The position numbers and the translations under genes are program-made. Below are positions 39,028-47,680 of a stretch of 64,000 nt of DNA, piece by piece. Positions within the stretch are counted from its first letter, which is position 1; every line of letters begins with the position of its first letter. This DNA is from Deltaproteobacteria bacterium. Lineage in GTDB: Bacteria; Desulfobacterota; Desulfobulbia; Desulfobulbales; JAGXFP01. Location: assembly GCA_020056965.1 (NCBI GenBank), contig JAGVGT010000032.1, positions 174 to 64,173 on the forward strand, written 5' to 3'. Below the pieces are notes generated by a model that made no database searches, had not been told where the DNA came from, and saw only the letters and a program-made list of their open reading frames with translations.

Positions 39028-40116
39028 ATGGACCTGGGCTTCATCCCCCATTACCTGCATACCTTCGAAGGCAACCCCTACCTGCACCGGTTGCTGGTGG
39101 TGATTTACTACATCATCCTGATGAAGGTGACCGACCTGCTGATCGACCGGGTTCTGCGGCGGCTGGCGGCCCGGACCAGCATCGCCATGGACGACGCCCT
39201 GGTCGATTTCACCCACCGGCCCTTGTGCTGGACGGTATTCTGGCTCGGCGTCAGCCACGCCCTGCTGGTCGAGCCACTCCATGAACCATGGCAGACCGTG
39301 CTGCCCGCGCTGACCAAGACCATGATCCTGCTGATCTGGACTTACGCCGCCATCAAATTCTTCAACTGGGCGATCGGACAGAAACTCGCCAGCCAGCCTG
39401 GCGAGGACAAGATCGGCCGGGACGTCTTCCTGCTCCTGAAAAACCTGATCCGGGTGGTGATCATTGCCGCCGGGCTGCTCTGGCTCCTGACCATCTGGAA
39501 AATCGACCTCACCCCCCTCTTCGCCTCGGCCGGCATCGTCGGCATCGCCGTGGCCCTGGCCGCCAAGGACACTCTGGCCAATTTCTTCGGCGGGGTCAGC
39601 ATCTTCATGGACAAGGCCTACAAGCTGGGTGACTATATTATTTTGGACAGCGGCGAACGCGGCGAGGTCATGGAGATCGGCATCCGCTCGACCCGGATCA
39701 AGACCAGCGACGACGTGCTGATCTCCATCCCCAACTCCCTGATCGCCAACGCCAAGATCATCAACGAGAGTGCGCCGATCCCCCGCTTCCGGATCCGGGT
39801 ACCGCTGGGGGTGGCCTACGCCAGCGACCTGGACCGGGTGGAACAACTCCTGCTGGAGGTGGCGGCGGCCAACCCAAACGTGGTGACGGATCCGGAGCCG
39901 CGGGTGCGCTACCGTGGTTTCGGTGATTCGGCGGTCAACCTGGAACTGCTCTGCTGGGTCGATACCCCCGCCACCAAGGGGCTGGAGATTCACAACCTGA
40001 TCAAGGCCGTCCACCGGACCTGCGCGGAAAACCGCATCACCATTCCCTTCCCGCAGCGGGTGGTGCGCCTGCTCGAACCGGCGACCACTGAGGCCGGGAC
40101 CGGGAGCCAAGCGTGA
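39028..40116 (+). CDS. small-conductance mechanosensitive channel
   Basis: ALAAKDTLANFFGG, GDYI, IGIRST, IPNS, IPFPQR. Confidence 0.92.
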   Translation: MDLGFIPHYLHTFEGNPYLHRLLVVIYYIILMKVTDLLIDRVLRRLAARTSIAMDDALVDFTHRPLCWTVFWLGVSHALLVEPLHEPWQTVLPALTKTMILLIWTYAAIKFFNWAIGQKLASQPGEDKIGRDVFLLLKNLIRVVIIAAGLLWLLTIWKIDLTPLFASAGIVGIAVALAAKDTLANFFGGVSIFMDKAYKLGDYIILDSGERGEVMEIGIRSTRIKTSDDVLISIPNSLIANAKIINESAPIPRFRIRVPLGVAYASDLDRVEQLLLEVAAANPNVVTDPEPRVRYRGFGDSAVNLELLCWVDTPATKGLEIHNLIKAVHRTCAENRITIPFPQRVVRLLEPATTEAGTGSQA

Positions 40117-40640
40117 GGAATCAGATGGACATGGTTGATTCCATCGACCTGGCCTGCATGGACCAGGCCCTGGCCCTGGCGCGGGAAGCACTAGCCGCCG
40201 GGGAGTTTCCGGTGGGCTGCGTCATCGTGGCCGCCGGGCAGGTAGTTGCCGAAGGGCGCCGCCTGAACAGCCGCGAACAGGCCAACGAACTGGACCACGC
40301 CGAGGTTGTCGCCCTGCGCGGGCTGCTGGCCGGCAATCCGGAGATCGACCGTGGCGGACTCACCGTCTATTCGACCATGGAGCCCTGCCTGATGTGCTTC
40401 GCCACCCTGCTGCTCAACGGGGTGCGCCGGATCGTTTACGCCTACGAGGACGCGATGGGCGGCGGCACCAGGCTTGACCTGACCACCCTGGCCCCGCTCT
40501 ACCGGGAGATGCGGCTGGAGGTGGTTCCCGGAGTGCGGCGGGTTGAGAGCCTCGCCCTGTTCAAGGAATTTTTCGCCAATCCGGCCAACGGTTACTGGCA
40601 GGGTTCGCTCCTGGCCGAGTACACCCTGGCCCAGCCGTGA
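40113..40640 (+). CDS. Zn-dependent nucleoside/tRNA deaminase (TadA-like fold)
   Basis: EFPVG, HAE, TMEPCLMC. Confidence 0.88.
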   Translation: MRNQMDMVDSIDLACMDQALALAREALAAGEFPVGCVIVAAGQVVAEGRRLNSREQANELDHAEVVALRGLLAGNPEIDRGGLTVYSTMEPCLMCFATLLLNGVRRIVYAYEDAMGGGTRLDLTTLAPLYREMRLEVVPGVRRVESLALFKEFFANPANGYWQGSLLAEYTLAQP

Positions 40641-41656
40641 CCGAGGCCGCCATGACCACTGCCGCCATCCGCACCGTCCATTTCCGGCCCCGGGAAAGGA
40701 ACGTCTTCTTTCATCTGCTGACCGGCTGCAACCTGGCCTGTCGCCACTGCTACATCAACTCGGAGCAGCATGGCCGGCAGATGGTCGACCGGCAGACGAT
40801 GGCGGCCTGGCTCAGGCTCTTTGCGGCGCCGGACCGGGAGACCAACCTGATCCTCCTGGGCGGCGAGCCGACCCTGCATCCCGACCTGGCCTACGGGGTC
40901 AAGACGGCGCGCAACCTGGGCTACAGTACGGTGACCATCGACACCAACGGCTACCTCTTTCACGATATTCTCGAGAAGATCAGCCCCGAGGAGGCGGTCT
41001 TAAGTTTCAGCCTGGACGGGCCGACCCCCGAGGTCAACGACCCGCTGCGAGGGGCCGGGGTCTTTGCGGTCTGCACCGCCAATCTAAAGAAGGCGGTGGC
41101 GCGGGGCTTTACGGTCAGCCTGATCTGCACGGTCAGCCGGCTGAATCTGGCCCATTTGGCCAAGATGGTGCCGCTGCTGGCCGAACTCGGAGTCAGCCGT
41201 TTTTTCATCCAGGTCATCGGGTTGCGCGGCAAGTCGGCCACCCCCGGCAATGAGTTGCAGGTCTCCTTCGCTGAGTGGCTGAAAGTGGTACCGGAGGTGG
41301 CGGCTAACGCGGCCAGGCTGGGAATCCACACCATCTTTCCCAAGGTCTTCCTGGACGCAGGCGAGTCCTTCGCCTGCGCCGGGAGGGTGGCGGAGAACTA
41401 TTTCATCTTCCCCAACGGCCGGGTCTACCGCTGCCCGCTCTGCGAGGACTTTCCGGTCCACTCCCTGGAGATCAAGGACGGCTTGCTGGTGGAGCGACCG
41501 GGACTTACCGAGGAGAGGCTGTTTCAGTTGGAGATCCCGGAAGGGTGTGTGATGAACCGGCTGCTGCAGCCGGGCAATCTCGATTACGACGCGACCGGCA
41601 AACCCCTGCACCGGGTCTCCTGCTGCCTGCTGAAACAGGAGGCCAGGCCCGGCTGA
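40637..41656 (+). CDS. radical SAM protein with Cys-rich C-terminus
   Basis: CNLACRHCY, GGEP, TNG, SLDG; six further Cys at the C-terminus. Confidence 0.9.
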   Translation: MTEAAMTTAAIRTVHFRPRERNVFFHLLTGCNLACRHCYINSEQHGRQMVDRQTMAAWLRLFAAPDRETNLILLGGEPTLHPDLAYGVKTARNLGYSTVTIDTNGYLFHDILEKISPEEAVLSFSLDGPTPEVNDPLRGAGVFAVCTANLKKAVARGFTVSLICTVSRLNLAHLAKMVPLLAELGVSRFFIQVIGLRGKSATPGNELQVSFAEWLKVVPEVAANAARLGIHTIFPKVFLDAGESFACAGRVAENYFIFPNGRVYRCPLCEDFPVHSLEIKDGLLVERPGLTEERLFQLEIPEGCVMNRLLQPGNLDYDATGKPLHRVSCCLLKQEARPG

Positions 41657-41753
41657 ACGATCCAGCCCCATTATGTATCAGCATATTTCAACCGTTCACA
41701 ACCGCAACCGCCACTTCGGATCAGATTCTCAACGTCTACCCGCTAAAGATATT

Positions 41754-42710
41754 ATGGAAAATATTATTGTCTGTGATCTTGGTGGCACCAACAGCCGATT
41801 TGCGTCCTTCAGCAAGGGTAAAAACCAGGAGATTGTCTTTACCGGTGAAATCTGGGAAGAGACCAATAGTTACAATTCATTCGAGCAATTAATTGCGGAC
41901 GTCAAGAAACAAGACAACCGTTATGATCCGACCGGACACCAGGCGGTTGTCGTAGCCGTGCCGGGCCCGGTGACCGCCGATGACCAGCTGACCTTTCCTA
42001 ATATAAAATGGCCGATCAGCAAAGCCGCCATCAGCAAGCTTTACCCGGACACCACCTTTACCTTCATCAACGATTTTATTGCCCAGGCCTATGGTTGCCT
42101 GACCGGAGCAGCCGCCAACGCCTTACCGATCATTGCCGCTAAAACTCCGCGCCCAGACCATGCCGACCTGGCCATTGTCGGGGCGGGGACCGGGACCGGG
42201 CACGGGGCGCTCAAGGCCTTCGGGCAAGACTATGTGCCCTTTCCCTCCGAAGCCGGCCATGCCCACTTTCCTTTTATTACCAAGGCTGAACTTGAGTTCA
42301 GGGACTTTTTGAATGCTAAAAACGGCCACCCCCACCCGGTCTGCGACGATGTGGTGTCCGGGCCAGGCTTAGCAGGTCTGCACCAATTTCTGACCGGTCG
42401 GGAGCTTCCGCCAAATGCGGTGGCCAGAGAACTCACCCCGGAGTCGCCCACCACCCAGTGGTTTTCTCGATTCCACGCCCGGGTTTGCCGAAATTTCGCC
42501 TTTACTGCTCTCGCGGCGGGCGGCCAGCTCTTCGTTTCCGGCGGGGTAGCAATCAAAAATCCATTTTTGGTCGATAACGATATCTTCAGAAATGAATTTC
42601 TCAGTTGTTCAAACAATATTTCCTTATTGAACAATATCTCCGTTTCTTTGATCAGAGAGGAAAGAATCGGTTTATACGGAGCGGCCTATTATGCCTTTAA
42701 GACCAGCTGA
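41754..42710 (+). CDS. glk: glucokinase
   Basis: DLGGTNSR, INDF, GAGTGTG, SEAGH, SGPGL; lower GC than neighbours. Confidence 0.85.
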   Translation: MENIIVCDLGGTNSRFASFSKGKNQEIVFTGEIWEETNSYNSFEQLIADVKKQDNRYDPTGHQAVVVAVPGPVTADDQLTFPNIKWPISKAAISKLYPDTTFTFINDFIAQAYGCLTGAAANALPIIAAKTPRPDHADLAIVGAGTGTGHGALKAFGQDYVPFPSEAGHAHFPFITKAELEFRDFLNAKNGHPHPVCDDVVSGPGLAGLHQFLTGRELPPNAVARELTPESPTTQWFSRFHARVCRNFAFTALAAGGQLFVSGGVAIKNPFLVDNDIFRNEFLSCSNNISLLNNISVSLIREERIGLYGAAYYAFKTS

Positions 42711-42743
42711 TCAACTATTGTCTGCCCGAAAGTTGGCCACGCG

Positions 42744-43283
42744 ATGGCCCTGAAAGCGACCATCTTTAAAGCGGTCCTCGAGATCAGCGACCTGGAGCGC
42801 CAATACTACGGCACCCACGCCCTGACCGTCGCCCAACACCCCTCCGAAACCGAGGCCCGGATGATGGTCCGGCTGCTGGCCTTCGCCCTGCACGCCGACG
42901 AGGAGCTGAAATTCACCCGGGGTTTGAGTTCGGTCGAGGAGCCGGAAATCTGGCAAAAAAGCCTGAGCGGCGAACTCGAACTGTGGATCGACCTGGGCCA
43001 ACCCGAGGTCCGGCGGCTCCGCCAGGCCAGCGGCAAGGCGCGGCGGGTGGTGGTGGTCACTTCCGGGGGGAGGGCGGCGGAGATCTGGTACCAGAAAAAC
43101 CGCGAGGAGCTGGCCCGGATGAAAAACCTGACCGTCATCAACCTCGCCGTCCAGGACCAGGAAACCTTGGCGGGGTTGGTGGGCCGCAACATGGAACTGC
43201 AGCTGACCATCAGCGACGGCCAGATCTGGCTGACCGCCAATGGCCAGACTGTGGAAATCGCCTTGGAGAGATGGCAGGGCTGA
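42744..43283 (+). CDS. yaeQ: YaeQ family protein
   Basis: MALKATIFKA, AQHPSET..RMMVRLLA, LWIDLGQP. Confidence 0.93.
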   Translation: MALKATIFKAVLEISDLERQYYGTHALTVAQHPSETEARMMVRLLAFALHADEELKFTRGLSSVEEPEIWQKSLSGELELWIDLGQPEVRRLRQASGKARRVVVVTSGGRAAEIWYQKNREELARMKNLTVINLAVQDQETLAGLVGRNMELQLTISDGQIWLTANGQTVEIALERWQG

Positions 43284-43506
43284 AGGGGGAATTTCTCATA
43301 AAAGCCGCGGGCGGCTTGGCTGACCAATACTGCTCGACACGACTCGCCCCGCTTTTTCAGCCGCCGCTCCCGGACTGCTCCGCCGACCAAAAGGCGGCCG
43401 AGGATAATCACCCCCGGCCCCTTTTATCGCCACCCGGTTGCCTCGTTCGTCTTGCCGCCTGGGTTAGCAAACCAGGGCTGGCTCAAGGCCGGGTAACCCA
43501 GTCCAC

Positions 43507-43908
43507 TCAGATTTCGGTCACCCAAAAATCATGCTGGTTGCAGAAACTGGTGGCATACTTGGGCTCCTGTCCGGCCGCCAATTTATAGACCGAAACCGCC
43601 TGCTTGTCGTCCGGCGTGAAAGTTTTGGCGCCCAGGATTTGGCCGTTGCCCGCCACTAGGGTGTGGCGGACGATGAAGTGGGCCTCGGACATGGGATGGG
43701 GGGTGGTGATGGTGATCTGGTTGCCCTCCCGGCTGACCACCGGGGCGTGGCTCTTTTCCTTGCCGGCCCAATGCCCCGGGGCGGCGGCGCTATAGGTCAG
43801 CCCGGCCGGACAGCTCCCGGTTGCCGCCAGGAGCGGGGAAATTCCGGAGACCGCCATGCCAGCCGCCACCACCAGGGATGCCTTCAGAAAATCTCTGCGC
43901 TCGTTCAT
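43507..43908 (-). CDS. Tat-signal superoxide reductase/desulfoferrodoxin-like iron protein
   Basis: ERRDFLK Tat motif; EKSHAP, HPMSEAH, CNQH ligands. Confidence 0.82.
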   Translation of the reverse strand: MNERRDFLKASLVVAAGMAVSGISPLLAATGSCPAGLTYSAAAPGHWAGKEKSHAPVVSREGNQITITTPHPMSEAHFIVRHTLVAGNGQILGAKTFTPDDKQAVSVYKLAAGQEPKYATSFCNQHDFWVTEI

Positions 43909-44216
43909 AACCTTCTCCTTTCATGCTGATTGGTCATTGGCCGGAGCCGCTCAGCCCCGTTCTCTTCTTAGAGCACAGGATATTATGGCGCCGGTCGCCA
44001 GGAGAAGGAAATAATTTATGGGTCGGGCGGTTTAGCCGGGTCGAGCTGAAGGGGCAAAACCGCTGCTATCCCGCAAGCGAATGGCCGGCGAGACCGCCGG
44101 CTGGAATCGTCGAGGAGAGGTGGCGGGGTTAAAGTGCTCGCCTGATCAATGACCCGAAACCGCCTGAACTTCGGTCTTGACCCGCAATTGTACCCCGTCG
44201 CCCCCTTTTCCTTTGG

Positions 44217-44330
44217 TTACGGAGTTTTTTTCGGCTGCTTGTCCTGCTTCTTCTGATCTTTTTTATCATGCTTAGTAGTCAGCTGTTTCTTGCTCTTGTC
44301 CTTATCTTTCTTGCCGCCCTTGTCGCCCAT
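44217..44330 (-). CDS. 37-aa Lys-rich small protein (below the ORF-track cutoff)
   Basis: AAGGAG RBS, then MGDKGGKKDKDKSKKQLTTKHDKKDQKKQDKQPKKTP*. Confidence 0.65.
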   Translation of the reverse strand: MGDKGGKKDKDKSKKQLTTKHDKKDQKKQDKQPKKTP

Positions 44331-44512
44331 TGCCTGCTCCTTTCCGGTTGTCAGTCATCTTTACGACGGTGGCCTGTCGCGCCCACATACTAAAAGTCAG
44401 GTTACCGAACGATACTTAGCCGGGCGCGTGGTGTCAATAATTCCAGAAATAATCCGGCCGGGATGGTTTAAAAATCACCCCAAAAACCCAGGCCGCCTTG
44501 CCCCGTTCGATT

Positions 44513-45196
44513 TTACTTGTTGCCGGCCGCCAGCAAACCATCGAAAGTGGCCTGGTCGGCGACAAAGGCCCGGGCTTTGGCCCCGGCCCGGATAATGCTC
44601 AGGCGGTTGATCCGGTCACCCTTCCGAATAGCGGCAACCACCTCCTGGCCCTTTACCACCCGGCCGAAGACCGAGTGGATGCCGTCCAGGTGCGGGGTGG
44701 CCACATGGGTGATAAAGAATTGGCTGCCGTTGGTATTGCGGCCGGCATTGGCCATCGATAAAACGCCAGGCCCGTCATGGTTCAGTTGCGGGTGAAACTC
44801 ATCCGGAAAGTTGTAGCCCGGCCCACCGCTGCCATTGCCCCGCGGATCACCGCCCTGGATCATGAATTTATCGATCACCCGATGAAATCTCAGGCCATCA
44901 TAAAAGCGCACCCCGGCACCCCGGTTGGAGCTGATGGTGGCTTCGGCCAGGCCGACAAAGTTAACCACCGTCATCGGTACTTTCTCAAATTCCAGGCGCA
45001 GGAGAATCTCCCCCTGCCCGGTGTCCATCAGGGCATACAACCCATCCCCGAATTCAGCGATCTTGGCGGCCAACTGCGCGTCCGTATAAATGGTCGCCTC
45101 CTTGTCGGCCGGCCGGCTGAAGTAATAGAAACCGGCAAACACCGCCAAGATCAACAAGATTGCCAGCAGTTGTCCTTTTTTCGTGAATTTGCGCAT
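44513..45196 (-). CDS. cyclophilin-type peptidyl-prolyl isomerase, membrane-anchored
   Basis: FHRVI..FMIQGGDP, LSMANAG, NGSQFFIT. Confidence 0.95.
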   Translation of the reverse strand: MRKFTKKGQLLAILLILAVFAGFYYFSRPADKEATIYTDAQLAAKIAEFGDGLYALMDTGQGEILLRLEFEKVPMTVVNFVGLAEATISSNRGAGVRFYDGLRFHRVIDKFMIQGGDPRGNGSGGPGYNFPDEFHPQLNHDGPGVLSMANAGRNTNGSQFFITHVATPHLDGIHSVFGRVVKGQEVVAAIRKGDRINRLSIIRAGAKARAFVADQATFDGLLAAGNK

Positions 45197-45258
45197 ATTT
45201 TCCCCTATGGATTTCTGATTGAGGAGGTGATTTGCTCCGGGACGGCCCCGGCGGCGGT

Positions 45259-45645
45259 TTATTTCACCAGCAACATTTTGAAGTCTTCCTTGGCGGTCAA
45301 GGCATGCGAGAGGTTCTTGGGCAGGGAGAGCATTTCCCCGGCCGCCACTTCATATTCATTGCCATCGATCTCCACGATGGCACGCCCGACCAACACCTGA
45401 ATAAAGGCATCGAGAGCAATGGTGTGAGGTGGCAGACTCTGCCCTTTCCGGAAGGCAAACAATACAATGTCGTAATTTTCGCCTTTGAAGATCGGCTTTT
45501 TGGCAAAGCCGGCCTCGGCAGACTCAATCGCCTCGGTCAGCTTAGCCCCATTTTGTCCGGCCAGCGGTTGTGCGTTGTCGGCCAGCCCCAGAACCGGCGT
45601 TGCCAGCAGCAAGACGGCCAGGCAGGTAGTTAAAAGAAGCCTCAT
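45259..45645 (-). CDS. exported cupin-domain protein
   Basis: signal peptide; FAFRKGQSLPPH...P...HALTA..FKMLL. Confidence 0.8.
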   Translation of the reverse strand: MRLLLTTCLAVLLLATPVLGLADNAQPLAGQNGAKLTEAIESAEAGFAKKPIFKGENYDIVLFAFRKGQSLPPHTIALDAFIQVLVGRAIVEIDGNEYEVAAGEMLSLPKNLSHALTAKEDFKMLLVK

Positions 45646-45910
45646 TTTCCCCTCCATAGTTTCAAAAAGATCCAGATAGTTTTTGCCCGGGAACAGCAAT
45701 GCATCTTTTACAACCTTACCCCGCCCACAACCTTGACCCAAGTCAAAGCGGCAGAACTTGTTGCGGCCGATGAGTTGGCGGGAAAGAAGTTGGATTCAGC
45801 CGGGAGAATACGAGAGAGAGGCGTCCGACTCAGGCTGACCTGCAACAAAGAGGCGCCCGCAAAGGCGGCCTAGCGCCCCTCCCGCCAGGGCCGGGATTTA
45901 CAGGGAGTTT

Positions 45911-46207
45911 CTAATCGGTCCTAGCGTTGATTTCCTGGCGGATCAGGGTCAATAGCTGGGCGAAGGTATCGGTAAAGTAATGCGGGGTGGTTTGTCCGGG
46001 GCTCTTGGGGTTTTCAAGGTTGACGCCGTAATCCAAGCCCCGGGCGGTGAGGGCCTTGTACTTTTTCATCTTGCCGGCATATTTCGCACTCGGCCGCTCC
46101 GCCTCCGAAAGCAACCCGAGAGCCACCATGGCCCGGTTCGCCCCGACTGCGGAAAGGTCGGCTCCGTGCTGTTTCAGCAGATTGGTGATCGAATCGGTTT
46201 TTTCCAC
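45911..46207 (-). CDS. stand-alone domain resembling the C-terminus of phage antirepressor/Rha-type proteins
   Basis: SITNLL, ERPS, KKYKALT..GL.YG.N..NP..P.QT.PHY; GAGG RBS with GTG start. Confidence 0.6.
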   Translation of the reverse strand: MEKTDSITNLLKQHGADLSAVGANRAMVALGLLSEAERPSAKYAGKMKKYKALTARGLDYGVNLENPKSPGQTTPHYFTDTFAQLLTLIRQEINARTD

Positions 46208-46323
46208 AAAATCCTCACAGGGTTGGCAACCGGAAAGGCCAAACCGTACTGGCCAATTGGTTATGGCGACCCGGAAATCCCAGGTCGAAAGTCACTAAAT
46301 CAACTCCGCCCCCGGATCGGCCG

Positions 46324-47256
46324 CTAATAGATCATCCACAAGGCCAAGGGCAGGATTTCGGCCGTGACCGGCAACCGGCCAACCTGCTCGCCGTCGAGAT
46401 CGATCAGCACCGCGTCCTTTGATTCGGCCGCGATTTTCCGGCCGGAGAACCGGGAGACCTTCTCAACTGCATAAATCTCGCCGTTGTACAGCCGGGGCAG
46501 GTTCAATAGAACCTCCAGCCAGGAAAGATCGCCCACCACCGTCACCCGCAACCGCCCGTCATCGACCTTGGCATCCGGGGCGATGCGCATCCCGCCGCCC
46601 TGATATTCCCCGTTGGCCACGGCCACATGCCAGCAGAGGATTTGCTGGTCAACCCGGCCGTCAATCTGGAGCCGGATCAGCGGTTTCTTGAACGTTATCA
46701 GGGCGGCCAGGGTGGCCGACAAAAAGGTCAGAAAACCGCCCAGAGCCTTGCTCGACTTATTGACCCGGCCGACCACCTCGCCCCCCAGGGCAAAGCTGAG
46801 GACGTTGATGAAATAGCGGCTGGTGGTTTTGTGGTTATGGCCAACATAGGTCGCCCGGCCGATGTCAACCCACCGGCCCTTCATGGTGGCGATATCTCTT
46901 AAGCCGTTCTCAATACTGGTCGTGACACCTAAGGTTTTGGCCAGATCGCTGGCGGTGCCGAGCGGCAGGTAGCCCAATTGGGGCCGGCTGGCTTTCGCCA
47001 CCTCGAGAGACATCAGCCCATTGACCACTTCGTTAAGGGTGCCGTCCCCGCCGACGCAGACCACCTGGCGGACCCCGGCCTGCAAGGCTTGCCGGGCATA
47101 GTCGGTGGCCCGGCCCGGCCCGTCGGTTACCAGCATTTGGTACTCGGTAAAAAATTTCTTGGCCAGCAGCTTGATCTCAGGAATTTTGCGCCCGACTGCC
47201 CCATTACCCGCCCGGGGATTGATAATAAAAAGGGTATCGGTGTCAATTTTCTTCAT
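46324..47256 (-). CDS. diacylglycerol/lipid kinase family protein
   Basis: IINPRAG, GGDGTLNEVVNG, YQGGGM, DGE. Confidence 0.92.
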   Translation of the reverse strand: MKKIDTDTLFIINPRAGNGAVGRKIPEIKLLAKKFFTEYQMLVTDGPGRATDYARQALQAGVRQVVCVGGDGTLNEVVNGLMSLEVAKASRPQLGYLPLGTASDLAKTLGVTTSIENGLRDIATMKGRWVDIGRATYVGHNHKTTSRYFINVLSFALGGEVVGRVNKSSKALGGFLTFLSATLAALITFKKPLIRLQIDGRVDQQILCWHVAVANGEYQGGGMRIAPDAKVDDGRLRVTVVGDLSWLEVLLNLPRLYNGEIYAVEKVSRFSGRKIAAESKDAVLIDLDGEQVGRLPVTAEILPLALWMIY

Positions 47257-47283
47257 GGGGCAACCAGTATGTGGGCTAAGCGA

Positions 47284-47523
47284 TCAAACGCCTTGTTGCT
47301 TAGAAATCACTTGGACTCGCCCGACCGCCCCGCTGGCCAGGCGGACTTTGATGCCATGGGGATGGGTTGGGGATTTAGTCAGGATATCCTGAACAAACCC
47401 TTCGGTGAGCTTACCGGATCGTTGGTCCTCTTTCAAGACGATGAAGACCCGCTGGCCGGTTTTGATCTCGTTTCGATTAATGGATTTCCTGATGGTTGGA
47501 TTTGACTTAGAATTATCTTCCAT
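47284..47523 (-). CDS. YwbE (DUF2196) family protein
   Basis: IVLKEDQRSGKLTEG.V.DILTKS..HPHGIKVRL. Confidence 0.9.
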   Translation of the reverse strand: MEDNSKSNPTIRKSINRNEIKTGQRVFIVLKEDQRSGKLTEGFVQDILTKSPTHPHGIKVRLASGAVGRVQVISKQQGV

Positions 47524-47680
47524 CTGCACACGCCATAATTGAGTATTGTATCACCAGAATTTCTGCGGTTATATCCCGCTTAGCGCTCCTTTTTATCTAC
47601 CACATGCGGCAGGAGAGGAGTCGCTTTACTTTAGCAAACTTTCGCAAAAGCTCGACCGCAGACCAAAGGGAACAAACGGC

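Noticed and set aside
40637..41656. Prokaryotic viperin assignment for the radical SAM protein
   Set aside because: Only generic CxxxCxxC and GGEP motifs; the Cys-rich tail and context do not match viperins.
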